From the NCBI GenBank assembly GCA_030295235.1, contig AP026131.1, positions 496,001 to 560,000 on the forward strand: a stretch of 64,000 nt of DNA, read 5' to 3'. The notes below the pieces were generated by a model. That model worked only from the letters and a program-made list of their open reading frames with translations. It had not been told where the DNA came from and did no database searches. Position numbers and translations under genes: made by a program. This stretch comes from Fistulifera solaris. Lineage: Eukaryota. This document shows, piece by piece, positions 36,606 through 47,370 of the stretch (within the stretch, counting starts at the first letter, position 1; each line of letters begins with the position of its first letter).

Positions 36606-36996
36606 TTAATACGACAACACAGGAAGGGCACAGGGATCTCCATACTCCTGTTTGAATGAGAAAAAGAGTCAAGTGCGAGGGGAGTGGTCAGAGGCTTAGC
36701 TGAAGGGAAAAGTGAGAAGGAAGCCACACCGAGACAACGGATGCAACGCTTGTAGGATTTTTTTGTATGCCACTCGCTCTCTCAAAAATAAAAACATGTA
36801 AAATCGCACTTACATCGAGCACCAGATAATCCCAGGTTTCAATAGGTTTAGGAGGACGATTTGGATTCGTAGTTGTGGCTTGGCTAGACACAGTGCGTGC
36901 ATTCGCACCAACGCCACGTCGAGTAGCCGTAGAGACTTTGTCGGCAGCTCCGCGACCACCAGCACGAAGCGTCGGGAAAAAGGCGGTGAATACCAT
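36606..36996 (-). CDS. Candidate 74-aa small protein; intron 36648-36813
   Basis: ACC-ATG-G start; Arg/Ala/Thr-rich N-terminus; GAT|GTAAGT donor and pyrimidine-rich AACAG acceptor give ...WDYLVLD-EYGDPCALPVLSY*. Confidence 0.5.
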
Positions 36997-38255
36997 GGTT
37001 GACAGTGTAATGAACTTCGGTCGATTGTTTATTTTAATAAATAAATGTTCTCTTTTGATGAACGAGGCCGAAAGGCGATCTGGTTCTCTTGTGACAGGGT
37101 TCGCATTTTCTTTTCAGGTACTCATTTCTACAGTATGTCCTGACATCACATACTGTCACATAGCTCGCTCCTTCGAGAAGATTCTCGTTATCTCATTCTC
37201 CGAATGCATTCAACAAAGTGCCGGCGATGTGGGCAGAAGTATCTTGTTCAAACCACAACATCTCTCGCATGAAACTGATTATCTTGGCACGAATCGCATA
37301 AACAATTTTCAAGTATCCAGAGTCCCCCCTCGTCATGGCTCTTTATCGGCCGATCCGAGCAAGTGCATAAAATATGCCAGTCCCGTAGCTGAATGAGACT
37401 ACTCATCTCCAGGTTCAAACAGGGGATATTACTCCCGTTCTTGATCACGCCGCATTACACTTGAGAAAAGGAGAGATCACATACATGCCAGAGACTTAAT
37501 CCGTTGCCGCATCACTCGAACGGAAATCCGTACAAAGCTTGGGATACAACGTATTCTTTTAACGCCGAATCTGCGAGAAGGGGAAAACGTGCATCGACCA
37601 GCAGCATCTCTCAGTAGATACACCGATTCACTGGCTTGTTTCCTTGCTTGTAGTAGGTGTTGTTCCGTCAACTAGCTTGTCACCGGCTCCTTCTACTCCA
37701 ACCGCCTCATCACGTTCGTTTCAGGTCATCGTAAAGCGTCTGAAAATTGTCGCTGCTTTGCCAGTCTAGCAGTCCTCGATGATGATTCAATACCGTTTCT
37801 TGTCGACAAAACGCCGGATCGCTGAGAGAGAGCTGAAAACAGGCACCGGCTGACTTCTCATTTGTAGTACAACATGAAAGAGAGTGTTGTAGGAAGTTGA
37901 TAACATTGTTTGACCATTCATTTGAGTCTGATATAGTAGCCTGTGGCGGCGATCGATCGCATTGTCGCGCTAAACGCACAAAGGTTCGAGTTGGAGGGGG
38001 AGGGGGGATTTGGTCACTGTGCTTCAGAAAGTGCCCGAACCCTCAACAACTTACTTCCACGTTTCAACGTCTTCGTCATTATCCGCCGTCGTCGTGTTCC
38101 GTGGCAGCTTGATCGTATCTATGCCGGTGTCACATTCTCATTTCTCATTGTTATCAACATCATCATTATTATTGTTTCTCCTTCTAATTATACAAACATT
38201 CGAATAAATATTATCATCTCGAATCATGTTGCGCTTAGCAGCGAAACGAAAAGGA

Positions 38256-39039
38256 ATGAAAACATATCGAAGAAAGAAATTGCTGTTTACCGCCGCAGCA
38301 GCAGCTCTTTCGACGCACGCGCACGCGTTCGTGGTGTCTCCCCCATTGTCTCCCCCGCACGGACGTGGTTTCGTATCATTCGCTGCAATCACGTCGCTTT
38401 TCATCCTCGCAAGAGGAAGGAATATTGGGAGGTTTGAAGAAAATGGCGAAAAAGGTTCTCCCGAGCAGTTGGTTTCAATCGGAGCAAGAAAAGAAAGCGG
38501 CGATCGAGCGGAAACGCGTCAACGATGAATTCAAAGGAGGACTGCAAGAAATGTTAAAAGATGCACCTTTGCCCATACGAATGGTGGGAAGCATGGTGGC
38601 TCCCATGCTTTCGAGTGCCATGTCGGGCTTGGCGGAAACAATGGCTGAACAGCAACAAGCCGTTTCGAATGTGCAAGAGGATGCCAAGGCGTATTTGTTG
38701 GCGGATCCGGCGGTAGCGCGGCTTTTGGGTGATGGTCCCATTCAATTGGGTGCACCGTTTTCTCAATCGAGCAGTACTTCGTCCATTAATGGAAAGACGA
38801 CGTCACAGGTGGAAATCGCGTTTCCCGTACAAGGATCCATGGCGTCGGGGATCGTAAGAGCGTCTTCGGCCAATGGGACATTGCAGCAATTGATTTTACA
38901 AGCATCCGGAGCTTCGATTGCGGTTAGCTTGTCCAGTCGAACGCCACGGGCGTCGTCGTTTCGGTCGGGGAAAGCCAACAACAAGGGTAAAGATGATATC
39001 ATTGAAGCAGAGATTATTGACAAGAATACACAGCGCTAG
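38256..39039 (+). CDS. Probably plastid-targeted protein with a C-terminal Coa1/Tim21-like domain; one extra C at about 38352-38356
   Basis: Leader ending HAHA|FVVSP; removing one C joins it to the 224-aa ORF; VARLLG..IQLGAPFSQSSS..ING....IAFPVQGS...G pattern. The domain call is tentative. Confidence 0.65.
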
Positions 39040-39378
39040 GATTTCCTTTGTAACATTTAACTGTAGTGAACAATAGGTAATAGTAGAGAATTGAAATGTG
39101 TTGTTATAATCATTTGATGCTTCTATAAAGACAGGGAATTCTGGACTCGCAAAATTGTTATGTTGGAGTTCCTGTGCTAGCAAAGTTGCGCGCCGAACAA
39201 TTCTCTGACTCGAAAACGACAAGCTAAAGCGTTAATAACCGAGTTCGATACGCTGCTTAAAGTTACAAACAAATCTGAGCTAAAATGGAGTATTAAAAAT
39301 TACATGCAAGCATAAGTTGACTGGGGGAAATTTGCCGCTCGATTTTACTTCGAAACTGCCGCGCCATAAGCTTTTTGT

Positions 39379-40813
39379 TTACGAAAACTCGCGATCCGGA
39401 AAGACGCGTGGCGCGATCAAAGTCCAAATGTACAATCCCATCGCAAACCATTGACTGATGCCGATCATGGCCATGTTGACCCGGCCGACCATGGGATTCG
39501 CAGCACTGGCTTCACTTTCAAGACTTCCCCATCCTGTGAGCGTCATGGCAACCCAGCAAGAAATGAGCGCCATGACCACATTGAGTTTCCATATATCCTT
39601 AGGAAATGACTCATTTTCAATGTGTTGCTCGGTGACGAGTCCAGATGTGACCTGGGAATCTGGTTCGAGAAAGGGGACGTCTAAGTTTGTGCCCTGGGCC
39701 TGGGAAGGGTTACTGCTTGCTACAGGTCGTGCCGACTGAACACCATCAACATTCAGACGCTCTTCGGCCGTCCATGAAAATCCAGTCCACGCCAAACTCA
39801 ACGCCGTCAGTGTCAAGCCGATCGCAATACCCCAAGAATCGTTGGTTCCCAACATGGGATTGCATTCCGCATGCGGATTCTTCGACACCATGCTGTACGC
39901 CAAGTACGTCGCATACATGCTCATAACACTACTCGTCAATAGACTGCCCTCCGGACCCGACAACTGTATCCCCGTCATGGCTACAATGCCCACGAGCGTC
40001 AAGGAAATGATCCAGTTGTTTCCGGCGCAATCCCCAAAATGTGTAAAGAGCAAAATGATCCCCGCCAAACTCATTCCGTACAAGCCAATACAGGATGCTA
40101 CAATGGCATGTAGCCAGATATTGCCACTTCCATACTCAAGTCGATCTGCTTGATCCGCTCGATCGACCCAATCTTCATTCCAATTGTACGCGACATCAAT
40201 GAGAATGACTTGTTGCAATACACAAAAGATCATAGCCCCGAGCCGCGCGAAGCGCAAAAAAGCGACGCTGAAGAGCGGGGCACTGGGTACAATCATTGTG
40301 GCGAGTAATACCAGAAAGAAGAGACCAAATTTGGACGGCCACACTTCACGATTGAGTGTCGGACGATTTTTGGTAGCGATCGCCGCCACACCAAAAAACA
40401 AGGTCGACAACGCCATCGGACGATAGACTCCGGCGTGTCCGGCGCATTGCACTAAATTGTATCCCTGACACGAATCATACCAAGCGTGATACGTCAATTT
40501 TCCCATGCCGGGTAACCAACGATACATTTTCCAGAGAATGCCACTTTGATTCACGATGGCCGGACCGACCGTGTATTGAAACCACAACGCCATGGCAATG
40601 GCTAAGCTCAACAATAGAACGGATCGTTTGCGGCCCGTTGTTCCTTCTCCGGTTCCGCCCAAACAAGACTGCACGACACTGCCCACCGCGTTGCAGCAGC
40701 AATACGTGAGTCCCATGGTCACGGTCGAACTGATCAAGGCGCCCTTTTAAAACAGAAGTCCGTGTGAGGACGCTTATTTAAATGCAGATATGACAACTAG
40801 TAATTTTTACCAT
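39379..40813 (-). CDS. SERINC/TMS1 (serine incorporator) family membrane protein; first coding exon is the ATG alone, intron 40744-40810
   Basis: M|GALISS...YCCC, AGVYR, QQVILIDVAYNWNE, GSLLTSS..YATYLAYS, AMTLTGW, YIWTLIAPRVFPDREFS*. Confidence 0.93.
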
Positions 40814-41394
40814 TTGATTGTGTTAATTGTAAGTGATATGAAAAGAGAGATTAATAAGAGAATTTGCGGGCTATTATTATGTTCTTCTTGTCAACTGCTT
40901 GTCAACGAAAGGCATCAATTATAGAACGGGTGTGACTATGTTGTAACGATTAATTTCTACTTTTAACGAGTACCGGTGCGCATGAGTGAACCTCGAGCTA
41001 GGGTGTTCATGACTCAATAAGTGTCCTCCCTTAGGATTTCAAGTTGTTGTGTCATTGTCAGCTCTTTGCATAACATATAATGAATGGTGTGGGTATTATT
41101 CGCGTACCGCAATAAATTTGACATGGTGGTATGGTGGTAGGAGGCTGAATGACGGGACTTCTGTCAACGGATGCAAAAGACAGATTTTCTTTGTAGGTGA
41201 GAGCTCATAACTCAGATTTTCCGGTAATTCGTGCACGGACCGATGATCTTCTGAGGACGTAAAACCACATTATCAGATTTTCTGTTGAACCGAGAAGGCA
41301 CTTTAGCAGCTTGATAGACGCAAGAATTGCTTAACGAACGCTTTGTAGGCAGTGTATGAGACCCAAAGCAGTAAATCTGTGTGAGGTGTATAAA

Positions 41395-42077
41395 CACAGC
41401 AGTCGACGATACGGATGCTTTCTGACGCAAGTAGTTGCGTTGCGAATGGGGATGATAGTTAGCTCATATATTGGTATTTCCATGGCATTTGATTCTACAC
41501 TTCGCGCTTTTGTTAGAGAACAACTTTGGTGCTCTCATTGCTTCGGTGGCGTTTCAAGTGTTTATAAGGGTCTGAAAATTGAGTCGCGATCGCGTACAAC
41601 CTACACTTTCCCATTATAGTGAAAAAGGCTGTCGAAGATACGGATGCTTTCCCACGCAAATTGCTGCGTTGCGAATGAAGATGATAGTTGCCTCACATAT
41701 TGGTATTTCCATGGCATTTGATTCTACACTTCGCGCTTTTGTTTGAGGACAACTTTGGTGCTCTCATTGCTTCGGTGGCGTTTCAAGTGTTTATAAGGGT
41801 CTGAAAATTGAGTCGCGATCGCGTACAACCCACACTTTACCATTATAGTGAAAAAGGCTGTCGAAGATACGGATGCTTTCCCACGCAAATAGCTGCGCTT
41901 CGAATGAAGATGATAGTTGCCTCGCATATTGGTATTTCCATGGCATTTGATTCTACACTTCACGCTTTTGTTTGAGGACAACTTTGGTGCTCTCATTACT
42001 TCGGTGGCGTTTCAAGTGTTCCAAGTGACTGAAATTGAGTCGCGATCGCGTACAACCTACACTTTACCATTATAGTA
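41395..42077 (+). repeat. 229-bp tandem repeat, about 3 copies
   Basis: GATACGGATGC at 41408, 41637 and 41866 (229 spacing); units are near-identical. Confidence 0.93.
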
Positions 42078-42252
42078 TGACTGAATGCAGTCGTGATGAA
42101 ATTCGAACAACACTTTGGTTCATGGTAAAACGGAAGCAACATTCGCATGACTTTTGCAAAACGCTTTCTAAAGCTTATTGGCTGCTAAAGAGACAAAAGG
42201 AGCATAACAAGAAATACTGAACGAACGAATTGTTGGCAACATAGAATGAGAA

Positions 42253-43520
42253 CGATTCCAGAATTTCTGGAACGTGCAAAAATCTCTACGCCCGCAAAAA
42301 CCTATTCCAGAATTTCCGGAACGACTACAAAGTCTCTGTTTAAACCAAATCACCGATTGTAGAATTTCTGGAACGACCCCAAAATCTCTAATTGACCCAA
42401 ATCACCGATTCCAGAATTTCTGGAACGGCCCCAAAATCCCTCATTGTCCGTAAACACCGATTCCAGATTTTCTGGAACGACCACAAAATCTCTAATTGAC
42501 CCAAATCACCGATTCCAGAATTTCTGGAACGACTACAGAATCTCTGTTTGACTCAAATCACCTATTCCAGAATTTCTGGAAAGTGTACACAATTTTTTTA
42601 CACTAACCCACCGATTCCAGAATTGCTGGAACGTGCACAAAATCTCTGATTGACCCAAATCACCGATTTCAGAATATCTGGAACTTGCACAATATCTCTG
42701 CTTGGCCCAAATCACCGATTCCAGAATATCTGGAACGACCCCAAAATCTCTAATTGACCGTAAACACCGATTCCAGAATTTCTGGAACGACTACAGAATC
42801 TCTGTTTGACTCAAATCACCTATTCCAGAATTTCTGGAAAGTGTACACAATTTTTTTACACTAACCCACCGATTCCAGAATTGCTGGAACGTGCACAAAA
42901 TCTCTGATTGACCCAAATCACCGATTTCAGAATATCTGGAACTTGCACAATATCTCTGCTTGGCCCAAATCACCGATTCCAGAATATCTGGAACGACCCC
43001 AAAATCTCTAATTGACCGTAAACACCGATTCCAGAATTTCTGGAACGGCCCCAAAATCCCTCATGGTCCGTAAACACCGATTCCAGAATTTCTGGAACGT
43101 CCACAAAATCTCTGTTTGACCAAAACACTGATTCCAGAATTTCTGGAACGTGCACAAAATCTCTGTTTGGCCAAAATCACCGATTCCAGAATTTCTGGAA
43201 CGACTACAGAATCTCTGTTTGATTCAAATCACCTATTCCAGAATATCTGGAACGACCCCAAAATCTCTAATTGACCGTAAACACCGATTCCAGAATTTCT
43301 GGAACAGGTACAGAATCTCTGATGGACCCAAAGCACCTACTCCAAATTTTCTGGAACGCGAAGAAAATCTCTTTGCGACCGAAAAGTTCGATTCCAAAAT
43401 TTCTGGAACGGCCGCAGAATCTCTGTTCGACCCCAAACACCGAGTCCAGAAATTCTAAAACTAATACAGAATTTCTGTCTCACCCAAAACACCGATAATT
43501 CCAGAATTCCTGGAAGGACC
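42253..43520 (-). repeat. 52-bp minisatellite (about 24 units) with palindromic core TTCCAGAATTTCTGGAA and a 258-bp (5-unit) higher-order duplication
   Basis: + strand consensus CACCGATTCCAGAATTTCTGGAACGACCCCAAAATCTCTAATTGACCCAAAT. The block starting GACTACAGAATC recurs at 42531 and 42789. Its reverse complement aligns with the 24.6-26.0 kb unit. Confidence 0.96.
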
Positions 43521-43885
43521 ACAGAAATTCTGTGTTGTACGGAGTTTTATGTTTTATTACGGAGTATTTTGTTGAGAAGTCGGCCATCCGAAATTCTGGC
43601 TGACGTTTTCTGGCTTTATCGGAAATTCTGTTTAGCATTCTGCGATGCTATGTAACGGAAATTCTGGCTGACGTTTTTGGCTTCCACAGAAATTCTGTGT
43701 CGTATTTTGAGTAGTCGACAGTCCGAAATTCTGCCTGACGTTTTTGGCCTGAACAGAAATTCTGTGTCTTATTTTGAGTAGTCGCCAACCCGAAATTCTG
43801 GCTGACGTTTTTTTTGCTTCAACCTTCCACAGAGAGTCTGTGTCGCATTTTGAGTACAAGTGCTTGTCAGACGGAATTTCTGGCG
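43520..43885. repeat. 67-68-bp tandem repeat, about 5 copies, each with two GAAATTCTG cores
   Basis: GAAATTCTG(G/C)CTGACGTTTT at 43590, 43658, 43725 and 43792, alternating with CAGAAATTCTGTGT. Confidence 0.9.
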
Positions 43886-44070
43886 AATGCCGTCGCCTCG
43901 CCAATTTTGAAAAATCAGAAGCCTTTAGTATCTGCTATAATGTACTTCAGGGTGGTATTTGAATCTTTTTTCGCATTGCGCGCTCTCCGAACGCATCATA
44001 AATTTTGGTTGCCCTCGGCTCTCTATCCATCTTCATCTCTTTGCTTTTCATTCTTTGAAACACTCTCATC

Positions 44071-45495
44071 ATGGACAACAAAGATAAAAAGAAGAAGGAC
44101 ACTGATGCCGTTCCCGTGGTCGCTGCTGGTGCAATCGACCGGAGCTTTTTCGAATCCTTGACGGATGAACAACTGGCCCAGCATGTGTTCCCTTTGTCGG
44201 TTGACAACAAGTCAAGGTTGACAATTGTGTATCATTTCATCGATGAATTCTATCGCCGCTTCGGTCTCCGCGTGTCGCATAACCCTACGGAGAAAAAATG
44301 GTACCCTAACACCGCCCCTGGAGACGACTTGGCCAAGAAAACGTTCGTCCCTATCTTCCGCGAAGATAATCACTGGCACTGTGAGCTCTATTGCATTGAT
44401 TGCCGCGATTGCCGGGATGCCGGTACCGCGAAAGTAGGAAAGGATTACACCAAGCTTCACGGGAAGGTCACTGTGGTTGCTACCATCACGTTCAAAACCG
44501 TCACAGGCGCGAAGAAAAAGGACTCCATGTACCGGGGTAATGTGTCTCATCTGTACTATCACCATGTCCACAATGAAGGCGGCGACTTGAAGCAGTTGAT
44601 GAGCAGTGGGTGGTGTATCTTGTCGACACCTCATGACTTGGCTGGTGTTTACGATAAGGCCATGGCTCATTGTAAGGAATGCCTCCATCCCGACAAAGGT
44701 AGCAAGGTTCAGCAACACGAGAACTTGATGCAAATCAATCTAGCATCGGGTGAAGAAGCCGCGGACAACAGGTACCATTTGATGATGTCCAAAGAGGGTA
44801 AAAGCTGGGACGAAAGGCTTGTTAATGCGTGTTGCAATGATGAGCCTGACGGTGCTAGTCTTGTGGAGCTCACGAAACACCGACAGGTGGTTGTCTCTCT
44901 CTTCTATGCGATCTGCTGCAGACTAGGATTGGAGGAAATGGCCTCTCCTTTCACTTACCCCATGCGTGGTGTAGTTCTCCAGAATGGAGATAAGAACCGC
45001 CGCGTGAATCCGCAATGCCGCCTTTTCTGCAATGAAGAGTCCTTGTTAGCCGGCGGTTTTGCCCATTCGCCTTCTGTCCCGGCTCAACCCGTCCATTGCG
45101 ATCACGGAAATTCTGAGCCATTCCTTGGAAGTGTTGTGTCGGAATATCCGCCAACTGAATCCGATCTTAGTCAACTGCTTGACGCTGGGATGACGTTCAT
45201 TCATCCGTTGTCGGAACAAGGAAGATTGGTACACGTTTTCAAGTCCTCGCTTCATATCCAGCCGCACCAGACTCTTGTCTTCTTGGGAAATGTTGCTCAT
45301 GCAGGGGCGACCCATCAGTTGAAGAAAGATGACTCACGCAAGCCTACCTGGCCGGCTCTGCATGTCCATATTGATGTCAAGAACAACAAGAGAGGAAGTC
45401 CTCGTTTGATTGACAAGGACGATATGCATCTGAGCTTTCACAAAGTGAATCCTTCTGAACCTAAGAACACGTCAAACAAGAGGAAGAAGATCTAA
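44071..45495 (+). CDS. Uncharacterised intronless protein: putative Cys/His Zn-finger (WRKY/FAR1-like) plus 2OG-Fe(II) dioxygenase-like domain and basic NLS-like ends
   Basis: Intact 474-aa ORF. C104/C108/C111/C114 and H164-H165-V-H167 in the N-terminal part; LMSSGWCIL (PhyH-like start); QPVHCD (H342, D344); LVFLGNVAHAGA (H410); KKKK and KRKK termini. Confidence 0.7.
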   Translation: MDNKDKKKKDTDAVPVVAAGAIDRSFFESLTDEQLAQHVFPLSVDNKSRLTIVYHFIDEFYRRFGLRVSHNPTEKKWYPNTAPGDDLAKKTFVPIFREDNHWHCELYCIDCRDCRDAGTAKVGKDYTKLHGKVTVVATITFKTVTGAKKKDSMYRGNVSHLYYHHVHNEGGDLKQLMSSGWCILSTPHDLAGVYDKAMAHCKECLHPDKGSKVQQHENLMQINLASGEEAADNRYHLMMSKEGKSWDERLVNACCNDEPDGASLVELTKHRQVVVSLFYAICCRLGLEEMASPFTYPMRGVVLQNGDKNRRVNPQCRLFCNEESLLAGGFAHSPSVPAQPVHCDHGNSEPFLGSVVSEYPPTESDLSQLLDAGMTFIHPLSEQGRLVHVFKSSLHIQPHQTLVFLGNVAHAGATHQLKKDDSRKPTWPALHVHIDVKNNKRGSPRLIDKDDMHLSFHKVNPSEPKNTSNKRKKI

Positions 45496-46203
45496 GTCAA
45501 ATTAAGCTTCCGACGTGCGTTCTTGTTGTTCCTTACTACTAATGTTCGCCGCAGACAGGATTTAAGGTGTCTCTTTCGAACAGCACGGTCTTCAAAGCAC
45601 TCTTTTATGTTTACAACGCAACCAAATAAGTATTTACTCTAAAACGTATAAAAAGTCATTTAGCTTAACAAACAAAATCTTTTTAGTATTTGAAAACTTG
45701 TTCCTCCAGCGACAGATTTCCTGATTGAAGCTACACTAGATCTTTCGTGGGCGCCCGTAGACTTCTCGGCGACGTACCTGCTAAATTCGACAGTAATGAT
45801 AAAACGTGATTCAATGAATTTGTAAAGCACCGCTTAGAAACCTCTTTGGACTGAAAAGAACAAACATTTCTTGTCATCTGGAATCAAAAACCTAAATCCA
45901 GGGATACGAGAATTAGCGGTGTTTTTCATAGTCGCGGTGTACAAACATAGCCGTCATCCGGGACGTTATCCAACTTTGAAATACCGATCTAGAAGTTTAG
46001 GACAAGGGAAAGCAATGATGGCTACGTAACTATGAAGTAAAAAAGTCTTCTGTGGGCTTTGATTTTGTTGACTGTGGTTGCAAACGATCATTTCTATCCA
46101 ACACTAATCCTAATGATTCCATCACAATCAATAGGTGATGTCGACAAACAAAGCAAGGTGGTAGGTCTGCACAATATGACAAGGTTGTTGCTCATAATTA
46201 ATT

Positions 46204-47370
46204 CTATAGTTTCATACGAAAGAACGCCTGGACCTTGCGTTCGATGGATGTAATCAGTTTGTCCAGCCACGTAGCATCGAGATCATCTTGGACGGAATGT
46301 TGTCCTGGTTTTATGCTATGTGGATGAATATCCCCAACAACATTGACATGTTCATTGACTGGTTTGATTTCTTCGTCTGTGGAGCTGTCACCCTCCATCT
46401 CCCCCGTCAGTTCGAAGAGATCGAACGGATCCGAACTGGACGAAGAGGAGGAAGATGCCACTGTTTTTGGTCTTTTCCAAATTTCCGACAAATCGAATTC
46501 CGGTACATCCAGTTTCTGAGTTGCTACAACAATAGCGACCGCAGTCAAAGTTAACGCCAGTACTTTTCGAACGATTCCTGACTTTGGCTGTGCTACCAAC
46601 CAATGAGGCGGTATCCCTTCCACAGGTCGGGGCAATTGTTTTTCAGCCACCAAGAAGGCGATTTCTGGCTTCATGAATTTGACTTCGCGTCGTTTGTATT
46701 TGAGATCTTTGATGAGTTTTCTTCGTGTGGCAGCATCGATTGTCGTTGGTTTGGAGGGCGTCGGAGGTGCGACCGGTGGTTCGGCTTCGACATCTTCATC
46801 ATACGCGTCGGCCAGATCGAGGGGGTCAATATTGGCAGAGCTGTCGTCTTCGACTAACGTAGGGTCATCTTGCACGTTATCCTCTTTCGAGACATTGCTA
46901 TCTTCTGTGACTTTTGTTTCTGGCATAGATTGTTCGATTTTGTCGTCTTTGACGGTATCACTGTCAACATTGATGGCCTCTTCGGCTTCTGGCTGTGCTA
47001 CAAACTCCTCTTCGGCTTCTGAGTTTTCTTCGACATCTGGTTGTACCACACTTTCTTCCTCAGCACCGTCCTGTAGCAACTCGTCGCCTTCACTATCGGC
47101 TTCTTCCATTTCCTCCTCATCCTCGATTACTGACGGATCAAGCGCCCCTATTTCCTCCACATCCGATAATGTATCCTCGCTATCCCAGTCTAAAGACACT
47201 TCCGGTTCCGATTCGTCACCACTGTATTCGTCTTCCGAGACTCCATCCACATGATCGCTCCCCCCTCGCATTTTAGCTACCAGCATCCATCCTGTCGGGC
47301 CCCACGGACGAGCCGCGACAGTAATATTGGCCAAAGCGGATAATAGCAGCAGATATTGCCTCGTATTCAT
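46204..47370 (-). CDS. Acidic, low-complexity protein with signal peptide and one TM segment
   Basis: Signal peptide, MRGG motif, long D/E tract, a compact LKYKRREVKFMKPE...PPHW segment and TM VLALTLTAVAIVVAT. Confidence 0.75.
   Translation of the reverse strand: MNTRQYLLLLSALANITVAARPWGPTGWMLVAKMRGGSDHVDGVSEDEYSGDESEPEVSLDWDSEDTLSDVEEIGALDPSVIEDEEEMEEADSEGDELLQDGAEEESVVQPDVEENSEAEEEFVAQPEAEEAINVDSDTVKDDKIEQSMPETKVTEDSNVSKEDNVQDDPTLVEDDSSANIDPLDLADAYDEDVEAEPPVAPPTPSKPTTIDAATRRKLIKDLKYKRREVKFMKPEIAFLVAEKQLPRPVEGIPPHWLVAQPKSGIVRKVLALTLTAVAIVVATQKLDVPEFDLSEIWKRPKTVASSSSSSSSDPFDLFELTGEMEGDSSTDEEIKPVNEHVNVVGDIHPHSIKPGQHSVQDDLDATWLDKLITSIERKVQAFFRMKL

Noticed and set aside
36875..38437. 173-aa and 164-aa plus-strand ORFs and other short antisense ORFs in the track
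   Set aside because: GTG/TTG starts are not expected in nuclear genes, they overlap better-supported genes or UTRs, and they show no motifs.
42253..43520. Heat-shock elements in the TTCCAGAATTTCTGGAA core
   Set aside because: It contains TTCnnGAA pairs, but the GAA-to-TTC spacing is 1 nt rather than 2, so it is not a canonical three-unit HSE.
24598..43520. The two inverted 52-bp arrays as TIRs of one 19-kb transposon
   Set aside because: The arrays are substantially diverged from each other, the interior is ordinary host genes, and no TSD or transposase is visible.
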